Origin: an uncultured Verrucomicrobiota bacterium
GTDB taxonomy: Bacteria; Verrucomicrobiota; Verrucomicrobiia; Limisphaerales; JAEYXS01
DNA length: 64,000 bases
Direction of reading: 5' to 3'
NCBI GenBank assembly: GCA_964589735.1
Contig: CAZPUL010000002.1
Span: 8,176-72,175 of the forward strand
Shown here: piece after piece, positions 48,056-57,478 of the stretch
Numbering within the stretch: position 1 is the first letter of the stretch
How the letters are laid out: each line of letters begins with the position of its first letter
Notes under the pieces: generated by a model
The model's database searches: none
What the model was told of the DNA's origin: nothing
Seen by the model: the letters and a program-made list of their open reading frames with translations, nothing else
Made by a program: the position numbers and the translations under genes

Positions 48056-48293
48056 TTGCGAAATTGATCTGATGGTGCTTAGAGCGGTTTTAAAAATGAG
48101 GTAGCGGAGTGGTGGGAGAGAAAAGGTAAGCGGTCTTTTTGGGTTCTGGCGTCGGTTCGGCTCAGTCACAGGGTCCATGGAACCTGCTCCTTCGCCAAAG
48201 CCTCGCCAGAACCCAAAAATCCGCGCTCCACTCCGCTACATCATTTTTAAAAACGCTCTAGGGGTGTTGCTGCCGGCGGGACGCCGGCGCTCC
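48056..48293. repeat. Dispersed palindromic repeat (family C), copy 3, interrupted by element B
   Basis: TTGCGAAATTGATCTGATGGTGCT-TA-[element B]-TA-GGGGTGTTGCTGCCGGCGGGACGCCGGCGCTCC. Confidence 0.8.
48082..48258. repeat. MITE-like / structured element B, TA-bounded
   Basis: Arms GAGCGGTTTTAAAAATGAGGTAGCGGAGTGG / CCACTCCGCTACATCATTTTTAAAAACGCTC (29/31 paired), inner stem TTTTTGGGTTCTGGCG/CGCCAGAACCCAAAAA, core nearly identical to element A. Confidence 0.88.
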
Positions 48294-48319
48294 GTGGCGA
48301 TGGGATGATTTGTGAGCTT

Positions 48320-48413
48320 CGTCCGCCCCATTCGGGGCGGTGCATGGTTATCCGATTTACCACCAGTTCCCGTTGGTCACTGGTGGCTACTGGCGGTGGC
48401 CCCGTTCGGGGCC
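48320..48413. repeat. Intergenic multi-hairpin repeat (family D), copy 2
   Basis: CGTCCGCCCCATTCGGGGCGG...TTACCACCAGTTCCCGTTGGTCACTGGTGGCTACTGGCGGTGGCCCCGTTCGGGGCC. Confidence 0.8.
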
Positions 48414-48602
48414 GGGAGGGAAGGCGTCGGGTCGGGTGTGTGAACTTGGTGCTACGGCGGGCGTGCTCAACTGCCGGCCCCGAGCCGGATGTCGGGGCAC
48501 GGGTGGCGTGCTTCGCGTCACAGCCCCAGACCTCACCCGTTTGGAATCAGACCCGGAAGGGGGGCTTGGCCCGCCAAAGGACGCCAAATAGGGAGGGAAA
48601 AG

Positions 48603-48780
48603 GGAGTGTCGCGCCTCCAGCTCAACGCCGGGGTGAAATTTGACCAATCACCGCGAATTATTTTTAGGAGAAATGCGGTTTTTGACGGTTTTCCATTTCT
48701 AACATTCTTATTATGAGCGGGTTATGATATTCCAAAATATTTTTAACAGAGAGGGAGGTAGGACAGCGGATGTCCTAGTG
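48603..48780. repeat. Two-copy ~190-nt intergenic element (family E), copy 2
   Basis: CGCCGGGGTGAAATTTGACC...GCGAATTATTTTTAGGAGA...GGTTATG...AAAATATTTTTAA...TAGGACAGCGGATGTCCTA. Confidence 0.65.
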
Positions 48781-49042
48781 CCCTGGGTATGATACCGGCA
48801 TGAAAGATGAAAAAGGGAGTTTTTGGAGGGCAGCAGGGGGAAGCCGCGAAAATGTGGCTGATGAGGCAAAATTTAGCCGTAACCTAATGAGGAAGCCAGA
48901 ACGTCTAATGGGAGAACATATCCCTTGCGTGTTTGGGGCGGTTGCGGTGTTATTTGGTCACCGCCTAATTGGAATACGCAGCAGGATTAACGTTAATCTG
49001 CCAGCTTTGCTGTATTGGGAGCGGCAAAAACAGGTTTTTATC

Positions 49043-51772
49043 ATGAGTAAAGCCAGTCAATTTTGGTCGCAGGTCGTGACCTTGCTCGTCTCATTTTCTT
49101 TCATCGCGCCGCTGGCCGCTGCGCCGGCTGCCAAGTTGCCGACGGCGGGTGAGCGCTGGGTCAGTATGGAGAAGGCGGAGGTGCCGAGTTTTCGCCGGCA
49201 TGTGGTTCCCTTGATGAGCCGGTCAGGCTGCAGTGGTCGTGAGTGCCACGGATCGTTTGCCGGTCAGGGTGGATTCCAACTTTCGCTCTTTGGTTACGAC
49301 TTCGAGAAGGATCACCATGAGATCACGGCGGACAAGGAAGATGGCATCCGGATTGAAAAGGAAAATCCCGCGCAGAGCCTGGTACTCCTGAAAGCGACGA
49401 ATGAGGAGAAGCACAAAGGCAAGGAACGCATCAAGAAGGGTTCTTGGGAATATAACCTGTTGCTGAAATGGATCGCGGAAGGCGCGAAGATCGATGTGGC
49501 CGAGACGGGCGAATTCGACCGGTTGGAGATCCAGCCGAAGGAGATCGTTTTCAAGAAGACGGGTGAAGCGGTGCAGCTCAAGGTGCTGGCACATTGGAAA
49601 GACGGCACGGTGGAGGATGTGACGCAGATCACGCGCTTCCGCACGAATGATGACACGGTCTCGAATGTCTCGGACACAGGTGAAGTGAAATGCTCCGGTC
49701 CTGGCGACACGCACATCGTGGCGTTTTACGACAACGGTGTGCTGCCCATCCCGGTGATGTTGCCGGTGAGCGACAAAGTGGGGCCGAAGTATCCGAAAGT
49801 GGTGACGCGCACACCGGTGGATGAGCTGGTGGTGAACAAGCTGCGCAAGGTGGGCATCGTGCCCTCCGATGTGGCGGGTGATACGGAGTTCCTGCGCCGG
49901 GTGAGCCTGGATGTGACGGGTACGCTCCCGACACCTTCTGAGATCCGGGAATTCGTGGCGGATAAATCATCCGACAAACGGGCGAAGAAGATCGATGAAT
50001 TGCTGAACCGTCCGGCTTACGCCGCATGGTGGGCGACGCAGATGTGTGATTGGACCGGAAACAATGCGGCGCAGCTACGTGGCGCAGGGGAGAAGGATTA
50101 CAACAACGAACTGTCCCGCCTGTGGTACGACTGGATCGAGTCGCGCGTGGCGAAGAACGAGCCGTATGACAAGCTGGTGGCGGGCATCGTACTCGCGACG
50201 GGCCGCACGAGCCAGGATCAATCTTATGAGGATTACGCCCGCGAGATGTCTTCCTATCTGAAGAAGGAGAATCCGGCGGACATCGCGGACCGGCCGAACA
50301 TGCCGTTCTTCTGGTTGCGCCAAAATGTCAAGAAACCGCAGGAGAAGGCGCTGGCCTTCGCGCACAGCTTCCTGGGTGTGCGCATCGAGTGCGCCGAGTG
50401 CCACAAGCATCCGTTTGATCAATGGACGAAGACGGATTTCATGCAGTTCCAGGCGTTTTTTGAGCCGATCACTTACGGCGGGCGCAAAGACAAGGAGGGC
50501 GTCACCTATGCCAGCATGGTGACCAAGCTGCGCGAGATGATCGGCGAAGTGGACAAGCGCGAGCAGAAGAAGAAGATGGAGGCGGAATTTGAAAAATTGG
50601 TGCGGGCAGGTGAACCGGCCCCGTGGCAGGAGCTGTATGTGAACCAGGTCGCGACGCGCAAGCTTTCGGACAAGGACATCGCCCGCATCAAGGCGAAGAA
50701 CCCTAACTACAACAGTCGCGTGGCCACGCCGAAGATCCTGGGCGGCGAGGAAGTCTCGCTCACGGATTATCCCGATCCGCGCGCGCCCTTGATGGAGTGG
50801 ATGCGTGATCCGGAGAATGCGTATTTCGCCCGGGCTTTCGTGAATCGCGTGTGGGCGAATTATTTCGGGCGCGGCATCGTGGAGCCGGCCGATGACATGA
50901 ACCTGGCGAACCCGCCGGTGAACAAGGAATTGATGGATTACCTGGCCACGCAATTCGCCGCGAAGGGCTATGACATGAAGTGGTTGCATCGCGAGATCTT
51001 GAACAGCGACACGTATCAGCGCACATGGAAGCCAAATGACACGAACCGGCTGGATGAAAAGAATTTCAGCCACATGGTGCTGCGGCGTCTGCCGGCCGAG
51101 GTGGCGATGGACGCGATCACGATGGCGACGGCTTCGAGCCGGGACCAGTCCACCTTTGCGGGCAACATCGAGAAGCGGGCGATCGGGCCGATGGCGGCCA
51201 TTGGCACGCGCAAGGGCTTGAGCAGTTATTCGCTGACGACCTTTGGCAAGCCGGCACGGCTGACGAATTGCGATTGTGAACGCACGGCTGACCCGACGTT
51301 GTTGCAAACGCTTTTCACACGGAACGATCCGGAGTTGCTGACCAAGCTGGAGGGTGGTTCGAAAGACAGCGCATGGATCAGTGAATTGCGCAATCAGAAC
51401 GCCGGACCAGAAGTGAAAAAGGCGACGGATGAACTGCGCAAAACCCGAGCCACACGGGATAACTTGAGGAAACGGAAACAGATGCACATCGAGAAGGGGA
51501 CGGCGACGGAAACGGTGCTGAAACAGGTGGAGGCGCAGATCGCCGCGACGGAAGAGAAAGAGAAACAACTGGTGGTCACGACGAAGCCGCCGGCCATCAA
51601 TCAGGATGAAATCATCACGGAGATTTATTTGCGCACAGTAAGCCGTTTCCCGACAGCGGCAGAACTGAAGCTGGCCAAGGAGGACTTGGCCGCGGCGAAA
51701 GACCCGGTGGATGGCGTGCGCGACGTCCTGTGGGCGATGCTGAATGCGCGTGAATTTTTGGTGAATCACTAA
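49043..51772 (+). CDS. DUF1549/DUF1553 domain protein with Ig-like (Big_2-type) insertion, secreted
   Basis: ATG 49043 with signal peptide; GCSGRECHGSFAGQGGFQLSLFGYD; VQLKVLAHWKDGTVEDVTQITRF; DELVVNKLRKVGIVPSDVAGDTEFLRRVSLDVTGTLPT; CAECHKHPFDQWT; NRVWANYFGRGIVEP. Confidence 0.92.
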   Translation: MSKASQFWSQVVTLLVSFSFIAPLAAAPAAKLPTAGERWVSMEKAEVPSFRRHVVPLMSRSGCSGRECHGSFAGQGGFQLSLFGYDFEKDHHEITADKEDGIRIEKENPAQSLVLLKATNEEKHKGKERIKKGSWEYNLLLKWIAEGAKIDVAETGEFDRLEIQPKEIVFKKTGEAVQLKVLAHWKDGTVEDVTQITRFRTNDDTVSNVSDTGEVKCSGPGDTHIVAFYDNGVLPIPVMLPVSDKVGPKYPKVVTRTPVDELVVNKLRKVGIVPSDVAGDTEFLRRVSLDVTGTLPTPSEIREFVADKSSDKRAKKIDELLNRPAYAAWWATQMCDWTGNNAAQLRGAGEKDYNNELSRLWYDWIESRVAKNEPYDKLVAGIVLATGRTSQDQSYEDYAREMSSYLKKENPADIADRPNMPFFWLRQNVKKPQEKALAFAHSFLGVRIECAECHKHPFDQWTKTDFMQFQAFFEPITYGGRKDKEGVTYASMVTKLREMIGEVDKREQKKKMEAEFEKLVRAGEPAPWQELYVNQVATRKLSDKDIARIKAKNPNYNSRVATPKILGGEEVSLTDYPDPRAPLMEWMRDPENAYFARAFVNRVWANYFGRGIVEPADDMNLANPPVNKELMDYLATQFAAKGYDMKWLHREILNSDTYQRTWKPNDTNRLDEKNFSHMVLRRLPAEVAMDAITMATASSRDQSTFAGNIEKRAIGPMAAIGTRKGLSSYSLTTFGKPARLTNCDCERTADPTLLQTLFTRNDPELLTKLEGGSKDSAWISELRNQNAGPEVKKATDELRKTRATRDNLRKRKQMHIEKGTATETVLKQVEAQIAATEEKEKQLVVTTKPPAINQDEIITEIYLRTVSRFPTAAELKLAKEDLAAAKDPVDGVRDVLWAMLNAREFLVNH

Positions 51773-51784
51773 ACGGAAAACTTT

Positions 51785-53083
51785 ATGGCTAACCACTCCT
51801 ATTGTGACGGCGTCAACCGCCGCGACTTCCTGCGTGTCGGTGCCCTGGCGGGCATCGGCTTGAGCCTGCCGAACTTCCTGCAACTCCAGGCGCAGGGCGG
51901 CGTCACGCCCGCGAAGGGCAAGGCGGCCATCTACGTGCGGCTCTCGGGCGGTCCGAGCCACATGGACACGTTCGATCTCAAGCCGGACGCGCCTGATACG
52001 CATCGCGGCGAGTTCAAGGAGATCGCGACGAATGTGCCCGGCGTGCGCATCAGCGAGCATCTGCCGAAGCTGGCGCAGTGCGCAGACAAGTACACGATCT
52101 TGCGCGGGGTGAGTCATACACTTGCGGCCCATGAACTGGGCAGCGCCTACATGATGACGGGCAATCGCCCGATCGCCTCGCTGCGTTATCCTTCCTACGG
52201 TTCCGTGGTCGCGCGGGAGATGAGCGCGCCAGAATACTTGCCGCCGTTCGTGGCTATCCCGAGCCAGGGTAACTATGCCACGGGTTTCATGGGGCCGGAG
52301 TTTGGGCCGTTCGAGACGGGTTCTGCGCCGACGGCGGGGCGTGCGCTTGAGGTGCGCGGCCTGGCCTTGCGCAACGGCGTGACGCTGGAAGACGTCGATC
52401 GCCGCCAGAACTTGGTGAAGCGTTATGACACGGCCTTTGGCGAGTTCGCGAAGGAGGACAAATTACTCGCGGGCATGGACCAGTTCGGCCAGAAGGCGTA
52501 CGAGATGATGCGCTCGGAGAAGTCGCGCGAGGCGTTCGATTTGCGCAAGGAATCGGAGAACATCACGAAGCTGTTCGGCGCGGACCAGTTCTCGCAGAGC
52601 TGTCTGCTGGCGACACGGCTGGTGGAATCCGGCGTGCGGTTTGTCACCGTGACCCTCGGCGGCTGGGATACGCATGACCAGAATTTTGCGAAGCTGAAGG
52701 ATAAGAACCTGCCGACGCTCGATGCGGGTCTCTCAGGCCTTTTCCTCGCGCTCGCAGCGAAGGGTTTGCTCGATACGACGTCGGTGTTCGTGACGGGTGA
52801 GTTCGGTCGCACGCCGAAGATCAATGCACGTGGCGGACGCGATCACTATCCGCGCGCGATGTTCTGTCTGCTCGCCGGTGGTGGCATCCAGGGCGGACGC
52901 GTGATTGGCGAATCTGATGCGAAGGGTGAAGGCCCGAAGGACAAGGCCATCACGCCGGATGACGTGGCGGCCACGTACTATCACTCGCTGGGTATCAATC
53001 CGACGAAGGAGTATCATACGCCGAGCGGACGTCCGGTGATGATCGTGCGTTACGGCAAGGTGATGAACGAGTTGTTTGCCTGA
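51785..53083 (+). CDS. DUF1501 domain-containing protein
   Basis: CDGVNRRDFLRVGALAGIGLSLPNFLQL; LSGGPSHMDTFDLKPDAP; VFVTGEFGRTPKINARGGRDHYPRAMFCLLAGGGIQGG. Confidence 0.95.
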   Translation: MANHSYCDGVNRRDFLRVGALAGIGLSLPNFLQLQAQGGVTPAKGKAAIYVRLSGGPSHMDTFDLKPDAPDTHRGEFKEIATNVPGVRISEHLPKLAQCADKYTILRGVSHTLAAHELGSAYMMTGNRPIASLRYPSYGSVVAREMSAPEYLPPFVAIPSQGNYATGFMGPEFGPFETGSAPTAGRALEVRGLALRNGVTLEDVDRRQNLVKRYDTAFGEFAKEDKLLAGMDQFGQKAYEMMRSEKSREAFDLRKESENITKLFGADQFSQSCLLATRLVESGVRFVTVTLGGWDTHDQNFAKLKDKNLPTLDAGLSGLFLALAAKGLLDTTSVFVTGEFGRTPKINARGGRDHYPRAMFCLLAGGGIQGGRVIGESDAKGEGPKDKAITPDDVAATYYHSLGINPTKEYHTPSGRPVMIVRYGKVMNELFA

Positions 53084-53103
53084 GCGGAGAAGAATTCAAG
53101 CGA

Positions 53104-53142
53104 CCCCGGCATTGCGCGAGCGGTGCCGGGGTTTTGCTTTTT
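53104..53142 (+). terminator. Intrinsic terminator
   Basis: CCCCGGCA-TTGCGCGAGCGG-TGCCGGGG followed by TTTTGCTTTTT. Confidence 0.75.
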
Positions 53143-53249
53143 CAGAACTGGCAGTGCGACGGGGTTGAAAACACACTCGACACCACCCGCAGGTTTTCCA
53201 CACTGGCCCCCGTCGGAGACGCTGCAACTCGTTTCCGGCGCTGTCACCT

Positions 53250-54611
53250 GTGGAACGCACCAATGCCAGTTCACCGGCCCCGGTATTTCCCGCGGGCATC
53301 GGGAACATCTTTGCTTTCGCGGCTTTCAACGCGCTGTCCTTCCAGATCGTCCTGGGCAGCCCGATGATCCTGTATGCGAAGACGCTGGATGCCAGCGCCA
53401 CGGTGCTCGGTATCATCGCGGGCATGATGCCGCTGCTGGTCATCTTCCAGATCCCGGCGGCGAAGCATGTGGCCAGCGTGGGCTATAAGAAATTCGTCCT
53501 CGGTGGCTGGTCCATCCGCGTGGTGTTCATCTTTCTGATGGCCTTGGTGCCGTTGAGCGAAGTGTTCTTGAGCAAGGAATCGCGGCTCTCGCTGATGCTC
53601 TTCCTGCTGTTCTTCTTCAATCTTTCGCGAGGCATTTCCAGTTGCGGCTGGCTCCCTTGGATCACCTCATTGATCCCGGGCGAGATCCGTGGGCGCTACC
53701 TGTCGCGTGAGGCGGCGATGGTGAACATCGCCAGTTTCATCACCATGATCATAGCGGCCGCTTCTTTGGGGAAAGATCCGCAAGCGTGGCAATTCGCCGC
53801 CATCATCGCCTTCAGCGCGCTGATGGGGGCGGCCAGCCTGGTGTTCCTGAAACGCATCCCGGAAGTGGCCGCGCCGGCGCAGATCGCCAGTTCAAATACG
53901 CCGGTGCCGTGGAAGGAGATTTCAAGCTATCCGCCGTTTAGGAAGCTGCTGAATCTGAGTGTGGTCTGGTCGTTTGCCTACGGCGGCATGGGTGCTTTTC
54001 CCATCGCCTACTTGAAGGTGATGGCGGGTGTGCCGGAGGGTAAGATCCTGTTCATGACCTCAGCGGCTTTCATCGGCGGGCTTTGCAGTCTGTGGCTGCT
54101 GGGGGCTCGGTTGGATCGCTTGGGCAGCAAGCCCGCGTTGGCCTTGGGGCATACGTTCTTTTTGCTCATCGTCGCCGGCTGGTTTTTGCTCGCGGCGAAA
54201 GTCATCGCGTTTTCCATCACCAGCGTGCTCGTGCTCATGTTTCTCACGGGCATGAGTGCCTCCATCACCGGCATGGCGATGACCCGGCTGGCCATGGCGG
54301 TGGTGCCGGAGATGGGGCGGTCCCATTTCTTCGCGCTTTATTCCGTGGCGGGCAGCCTTTCCCTGGGCATCGCTCCAGTGGTCTGGGGCGTGCTGATCGA
54401 TGCCATGCAGGCATCGGAGTTTATCTGGCAGGGGATGGATTTGAACCGCTATGCGTGGTTCTTCCTCGCCGTGTTCGTCACGTTCCTGTTTTCCCTCAAT
54501 CAATGCCGCAAGCTGGTCGAGCCAGCCGCCGGCAGCATGGAAGATCTGTTGAAGGACATCCTCAGCCAGACGCCCCTGCGCGTGTGGGTCCGCTTTTGGC
54601 AGAGATTTTAA
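53250..54611 (+). CDS. MFS transporter
   Basis: GTG start; ~12 hydrophobic segments; central GARLDRLGSKPAL-type loop. Confidence 0.8.
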   Translation: MERTNASSPAPVFPAGIGNIFAFAAFNALSFQIVLGSPMILYAKTLDASATVLGIIAGMMPLLVIFQIPAAKHVASVGYKKFVLGGWSIRVVFIFLMALVPLSEVFLSKESRLSLMLFLLFFFNLSRGISSCGWLPWITSLIPGEIRGRYLSREAAMVNIASFITMIIAAASLGKDPQAWQFAAIIAFSALMGAASLVFLKRIPEVAAPAQIASSNTPVPWKEISSYPPFRKLLNLSVVWSFAYGGMGAFPIAYLKVMAGVPEGKILFMTSAAFIGGLCSLWLLGARLDRLGSKPALALGHTFFLLIVAGWFLLAAKVIAFSITSVLVLMFLTGMSASITGMAMTRLAMAVVPEMGRSHFFALYSVAGSLSLGIAPVVWGVLIDAMQASEFIWQGMDLNRYAWFFLAVFVTFLFSLNQCRKLVEPAAGSMEDLLKDILSQTPLRVWVRFWQRF

Positions 54612-54632
54612 GAGCTGGGCCGCTGCCTGGCC

Positions 54633-55550
54633 TTACGCCAGCCAGGTCTTCAGCACCTGCAGATCTTTCTTCATGTGGCCCATCATCTGTTTCTGATCGC
54701 CCATCTCATACTCATGATGCTGGGAGATCGGGCCGCTGTAGCTCGTCTTCCTCAGGTTGTCGAAGAAGGTCTTGCTGACCATGCCTTCACCCAGCGGTGC
54801 CCACTCGGCTTTCGCGCCTTTGGCGTCCTTCTTCCAGTTGAAATCTTTCACGAAGACCGCGGTGTAGAAGGGCTCCATCAACTTCGCTTCGATGGGCCAG
54901 GAGAGCCCGCCCTCGATCGTCGCATGGCCGATGTCGAAGCACATGCCCATGTGTTTCGGATCGAGATCCTTGATCATGCTATATACATCCCAGATGGGCG
55001 CACCCACGTAATCACGACCGGAATGATTCTGGAAACCGGCCTGGATGCCCAAGGACTTGCACGCCTCGGCGATGTCCTTCAACTGCGCGCCGATCTCCTT
55101 CAACTGCTCCGCTGGATTCTTGTCCTTCTCGTATTTCCAGAAGCCAAGCCGGATGCGCTTGATGCCCAGCTTGGAGGCCGTGCGCAAGACGGTTTCCGTA
55201 TGCGGCGTCTGCATGGACGTGATGGCCGTGGTGAGGATGTAGAGATCCAGCTTCTGCTTCCGAAATACCTCGGCGAACTTGGGCAATTCATCGGCGACCT
55301 TTTCCGGTTCGATCTGGCCCTTGGGCCGCACAGGGCATTCGATGCCGTCCCAGCCCACTTCCGCCACGAAATCGGCCGTCTGCTGGGCGCTCAACTGCTG
55401 GAACGGCTTCGAGAAGGCGATGATCGGGTACTTGCTCTTCGCCGGTGCTTGGGCGCGAGCGAGACCGGCTCCCGTGCTGAGCGCGGCGGCGGTCAAGGTG
55501 GTCTGGAACAGGAACTCACGACGGGAAAGCGATGTTTGCGGGCGGATCAT
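54633..55550 (-). CDS. Sugar phosphate isomerase/epimerase (xylose isomerase-like TIM barrel), exported
   Basis: SRREFLFQTTLTAAALSTGAG; VGWDGIECPVRPKGQIEPEKV, GIQAGFQNHSGRDYVG, MGMCFDIGHATIEGG. Confidence 0.85.
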   Translation of the reverse strand: MIRPQTSLSRREFLFQTTLTAAALSTGAGLARAQAPAKSKYPIIAFSKPFQQLSAQQTADFVAEVGWDGIECPVRPKGQIEPEKVADELPKFAEVFRKQKLDLYILTTAITSMQTPHTETVLRTASKLGIKRIRLGFWKYEKDKNPAEQLKEIGAQLKDIAEACKSLGIQAGFQNHSGRDYVGAPIWDVYSMIKDLDPKHMGMCFDIGHATIEGGLSWPIEAKLMEPFYTAVFVKDFNWKKDAKGAKAEWAPLGEGMVSKTFFDNLRKTSYSGPISQHHEYEMGDQKQMMGHMKKDLQVLKTWLA

Positions 55551-55653
55551 GGGGTAAGTTTGACCAGGTGCGGGAGAATTTCAATGCTGGTTTGTGATGA
55601 GCTTTTCCCAAGGTTTCTCTGGCACTACCTGTGTGTCCTTATTAAACTAAGCC

Positions 55654-56127
55654 ATGCGCCTTTACTTCCTCAGGCACGCTGATTCTCCGCCCGGAGCGGA
55701 TGACGCAGTCAGGCCGCTCTCCAAACTGGGCCAGCGCCAGGCCAAGGCCTTGGCTGACCTGCTGGTGAATGCCGGGATCGTGTTTGATGCGGCCTACAGC
55801 AGTCCTTTGGTGCGGGCGCGGGAAACCGCGGAACTCATCCTGCCGGTCACCAACAGCGACAAGCGTATCATCTTGGAACTGACCGATGCGTTGCTGAATG
55901 AGGAGAAGAATTTTGCGGGCTGGCTAAAAAAGATTCCTGACGGGAAGAACATCCTGCTGGTGGGGCATAATCCCTCCATCTCCGATCACATCGTCCACCT
56001 GCTCCAGTGGCATGCGGGTGATTCCTTTGAGATGTCCAAGGGGATGCTCGCCTGTCTCCGCACGGAAGACCGGGCGATCTATTCCCTGAAACTTGTCATC
56101 GGCCCGAAGATGCTGGGGGTGAAGTAA
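55654..56127 (+). CDS. sixA: Phosphohistidine phosphatase SixA-like (histidine phosphatase superfamily)
   Basis: MRLYFLRHADSPPG, YSSPLVRARETAELI, LLVGHNPSISD. Confidence 0.88.
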   Translation: MRLYFLRHADSPPGADDAVRPLSKLGQRQAKALADLLVNAGIVFDAAYSSPLVRARETAELILPVTNSDKRIILELTDALLNEEKNFAGWLKKIPDGKNILLVGHNPSISDHIVHLLQWHAGDSFEMSKGMLACLRTEDRAIYSLKLVIGPKMLGVK

Positions 56128-56181
56128 CCCCTGACCCGTAGCAGCCGACGTAAGGAGGCTCCGCCATTCCCGTAACCAGTC

Positions 56182-56514
56182 ATGAATTCCAGCAGCTCAA
56201 AGTACGTCCTTCCCGTTTGCGCCATCGTCGCGAGTTTCTTTGGCGTATCCATCATCCGCTATTCTCTGGGGCTTTACTTGGCCGCGTTGGGCCAACAGAC
56301 CGAATTGTTCCCCAAAAGCGTGCAATTTGTCTGGCGTATCCATGACTATCGCTGGCTGATCTTGAGCTTGGGAACTGTGGGGTTCATCGTGGTCTGCCGG
56401 CGCGCGAAGACGGAAGCTGAATCCAATCTGGTCAGCGGCCTTTATATGCTGGGCTGGTTCGTGCTTTGTTTTCTGGTCCAGTTTTGCCTCGTTTACGGTT
56501 TGAACCAGCGTTGA
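56182..56514 (+). CDS. Small membrane protein of unknown function
   Basis: Three hydrophobic segments; good spacing between flanking genes. Confidence 0.55.
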   Translation: MNSSSSKYVLPVCAIVASFFGVSIIRYSLGLYLAALGQQTELFPKSVQFVWRIHDYRWLILSLGTVGFIVVCRRAKTEAESNLVSGLYMLGWFVLCFLVQFCLVYGLNQR

Positions 56515-56559
56515 TTGGATTTTCCTTTGCTTGCCCCGCCAGATTCCTAGGCTCTCGCC

Positions 56560-57420
56560 GTGACCGTTCTGGAAACGATACAACGCAGCACCGAGTTTTT
56601 GCAGCGCAAGCAGGTGGATTCCCCCCGTTTGCAGGCGGAGCTGTTGCTGGCGCATGTGCTGAAGATGCCGCGCCTCAAGCTGTATCTTAACTTCGAGCGC
56701 GCCTTGCAGCCCGCCGAAGAGCAATCCATGCGCGAACTGGTCCAGCGGCGCGGCAAGCGGGAACCGCTCCAGCATCTGGTAGGCACCGTGAACTTCTGCG
56801 GTTACGAACTGGAAGTGAACCGCGATGTGCTCATCCCCCGTCCGGAAACGGAGCATTTGGCGGAACTGGCGTGGACTTACCTTAACGGATTACCGAAAGG
56901 TGAACTGCGCGCCTTGGACCTCGGCACAGGCTCGGGTTGCCTGCCTATCACCATCGCTGTCAAGTGTCCAAAGGTGACTTTGGACACGGTAGATATCTCG
57001 GCAGCAGCCTCGGCGGTTGCCAAACGGAACGCAGAAAAGCATCAGGTGACTGCGCGGCTGCATTTCCTGGAGGGAGATCTGTTTCAGCCCTTAAGCAAGG
57101 GGCAAAAGTATCACCTGATCGTCAGCAATCCGCCTTACATCGAGGCGGCGGAGATCGAGACATTGGAGCCGGAGGTGAAGGATTTCGATCCGCGTCTGGC
57201 CTTGGATGGCGGAGCGGATGGATTGGAGTTTTACCGGCGGTTGGCCAAGGAAGGGGCCGCTTGGCTGTTGCCTAATGGTCGCTTGATGGCGGAATTCGGT
57301 GAAGGACAGGGGCCGGCCATCCAGCAGATTTTTGAAGGCAACGGATGGACGGTTCATGCTTTGGAGAAAGATTTAAGCGGTCGGGAACGCTTCGTGATTG
57401 CCAGTCTGCGAAGCGCGTGA
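56560..57420 (+). CDS. prmC: Peptide chain release factor N5-glutamine methyltransferase
   Basis: GTG start; LIPRPETEHL, ALDLGTGSGCLPI, VSNPPYIEAAEI...DPRLALDGGADGLEFYRRL. Confidence 0.95.
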   Translation: MTVLETIQRSTEFLQRKQVDSPRLQAELLLAHVLKMPRLKLYLNFERALQPAEEQSMRELVQRRGKREPLQHLVGTVNFCGYELEVNRDVLIPRPETEHLAELAWTYLNGLPKGELRALDLGTGSGCLPITIAVKCPKVTLDTVDISAAASAVAKRNAEKHQVTARLHFLEGDLFQPLSKGQKYHLIVSNPPYIEAAEIETLEPEVKDFDPRLALDGGADGLEFYRRLAKEGAAWLLPNGRLMAEFGEGQGPAIQQIFEGNGWTVHALEKDLSGRERFVIASLRSA

Positions 57421-57478
57421 AAAAGTCGCGCGTCGTTGATTCTCTGGCGCAAACTTTTTTCGGTTCGATTTTGATTAT

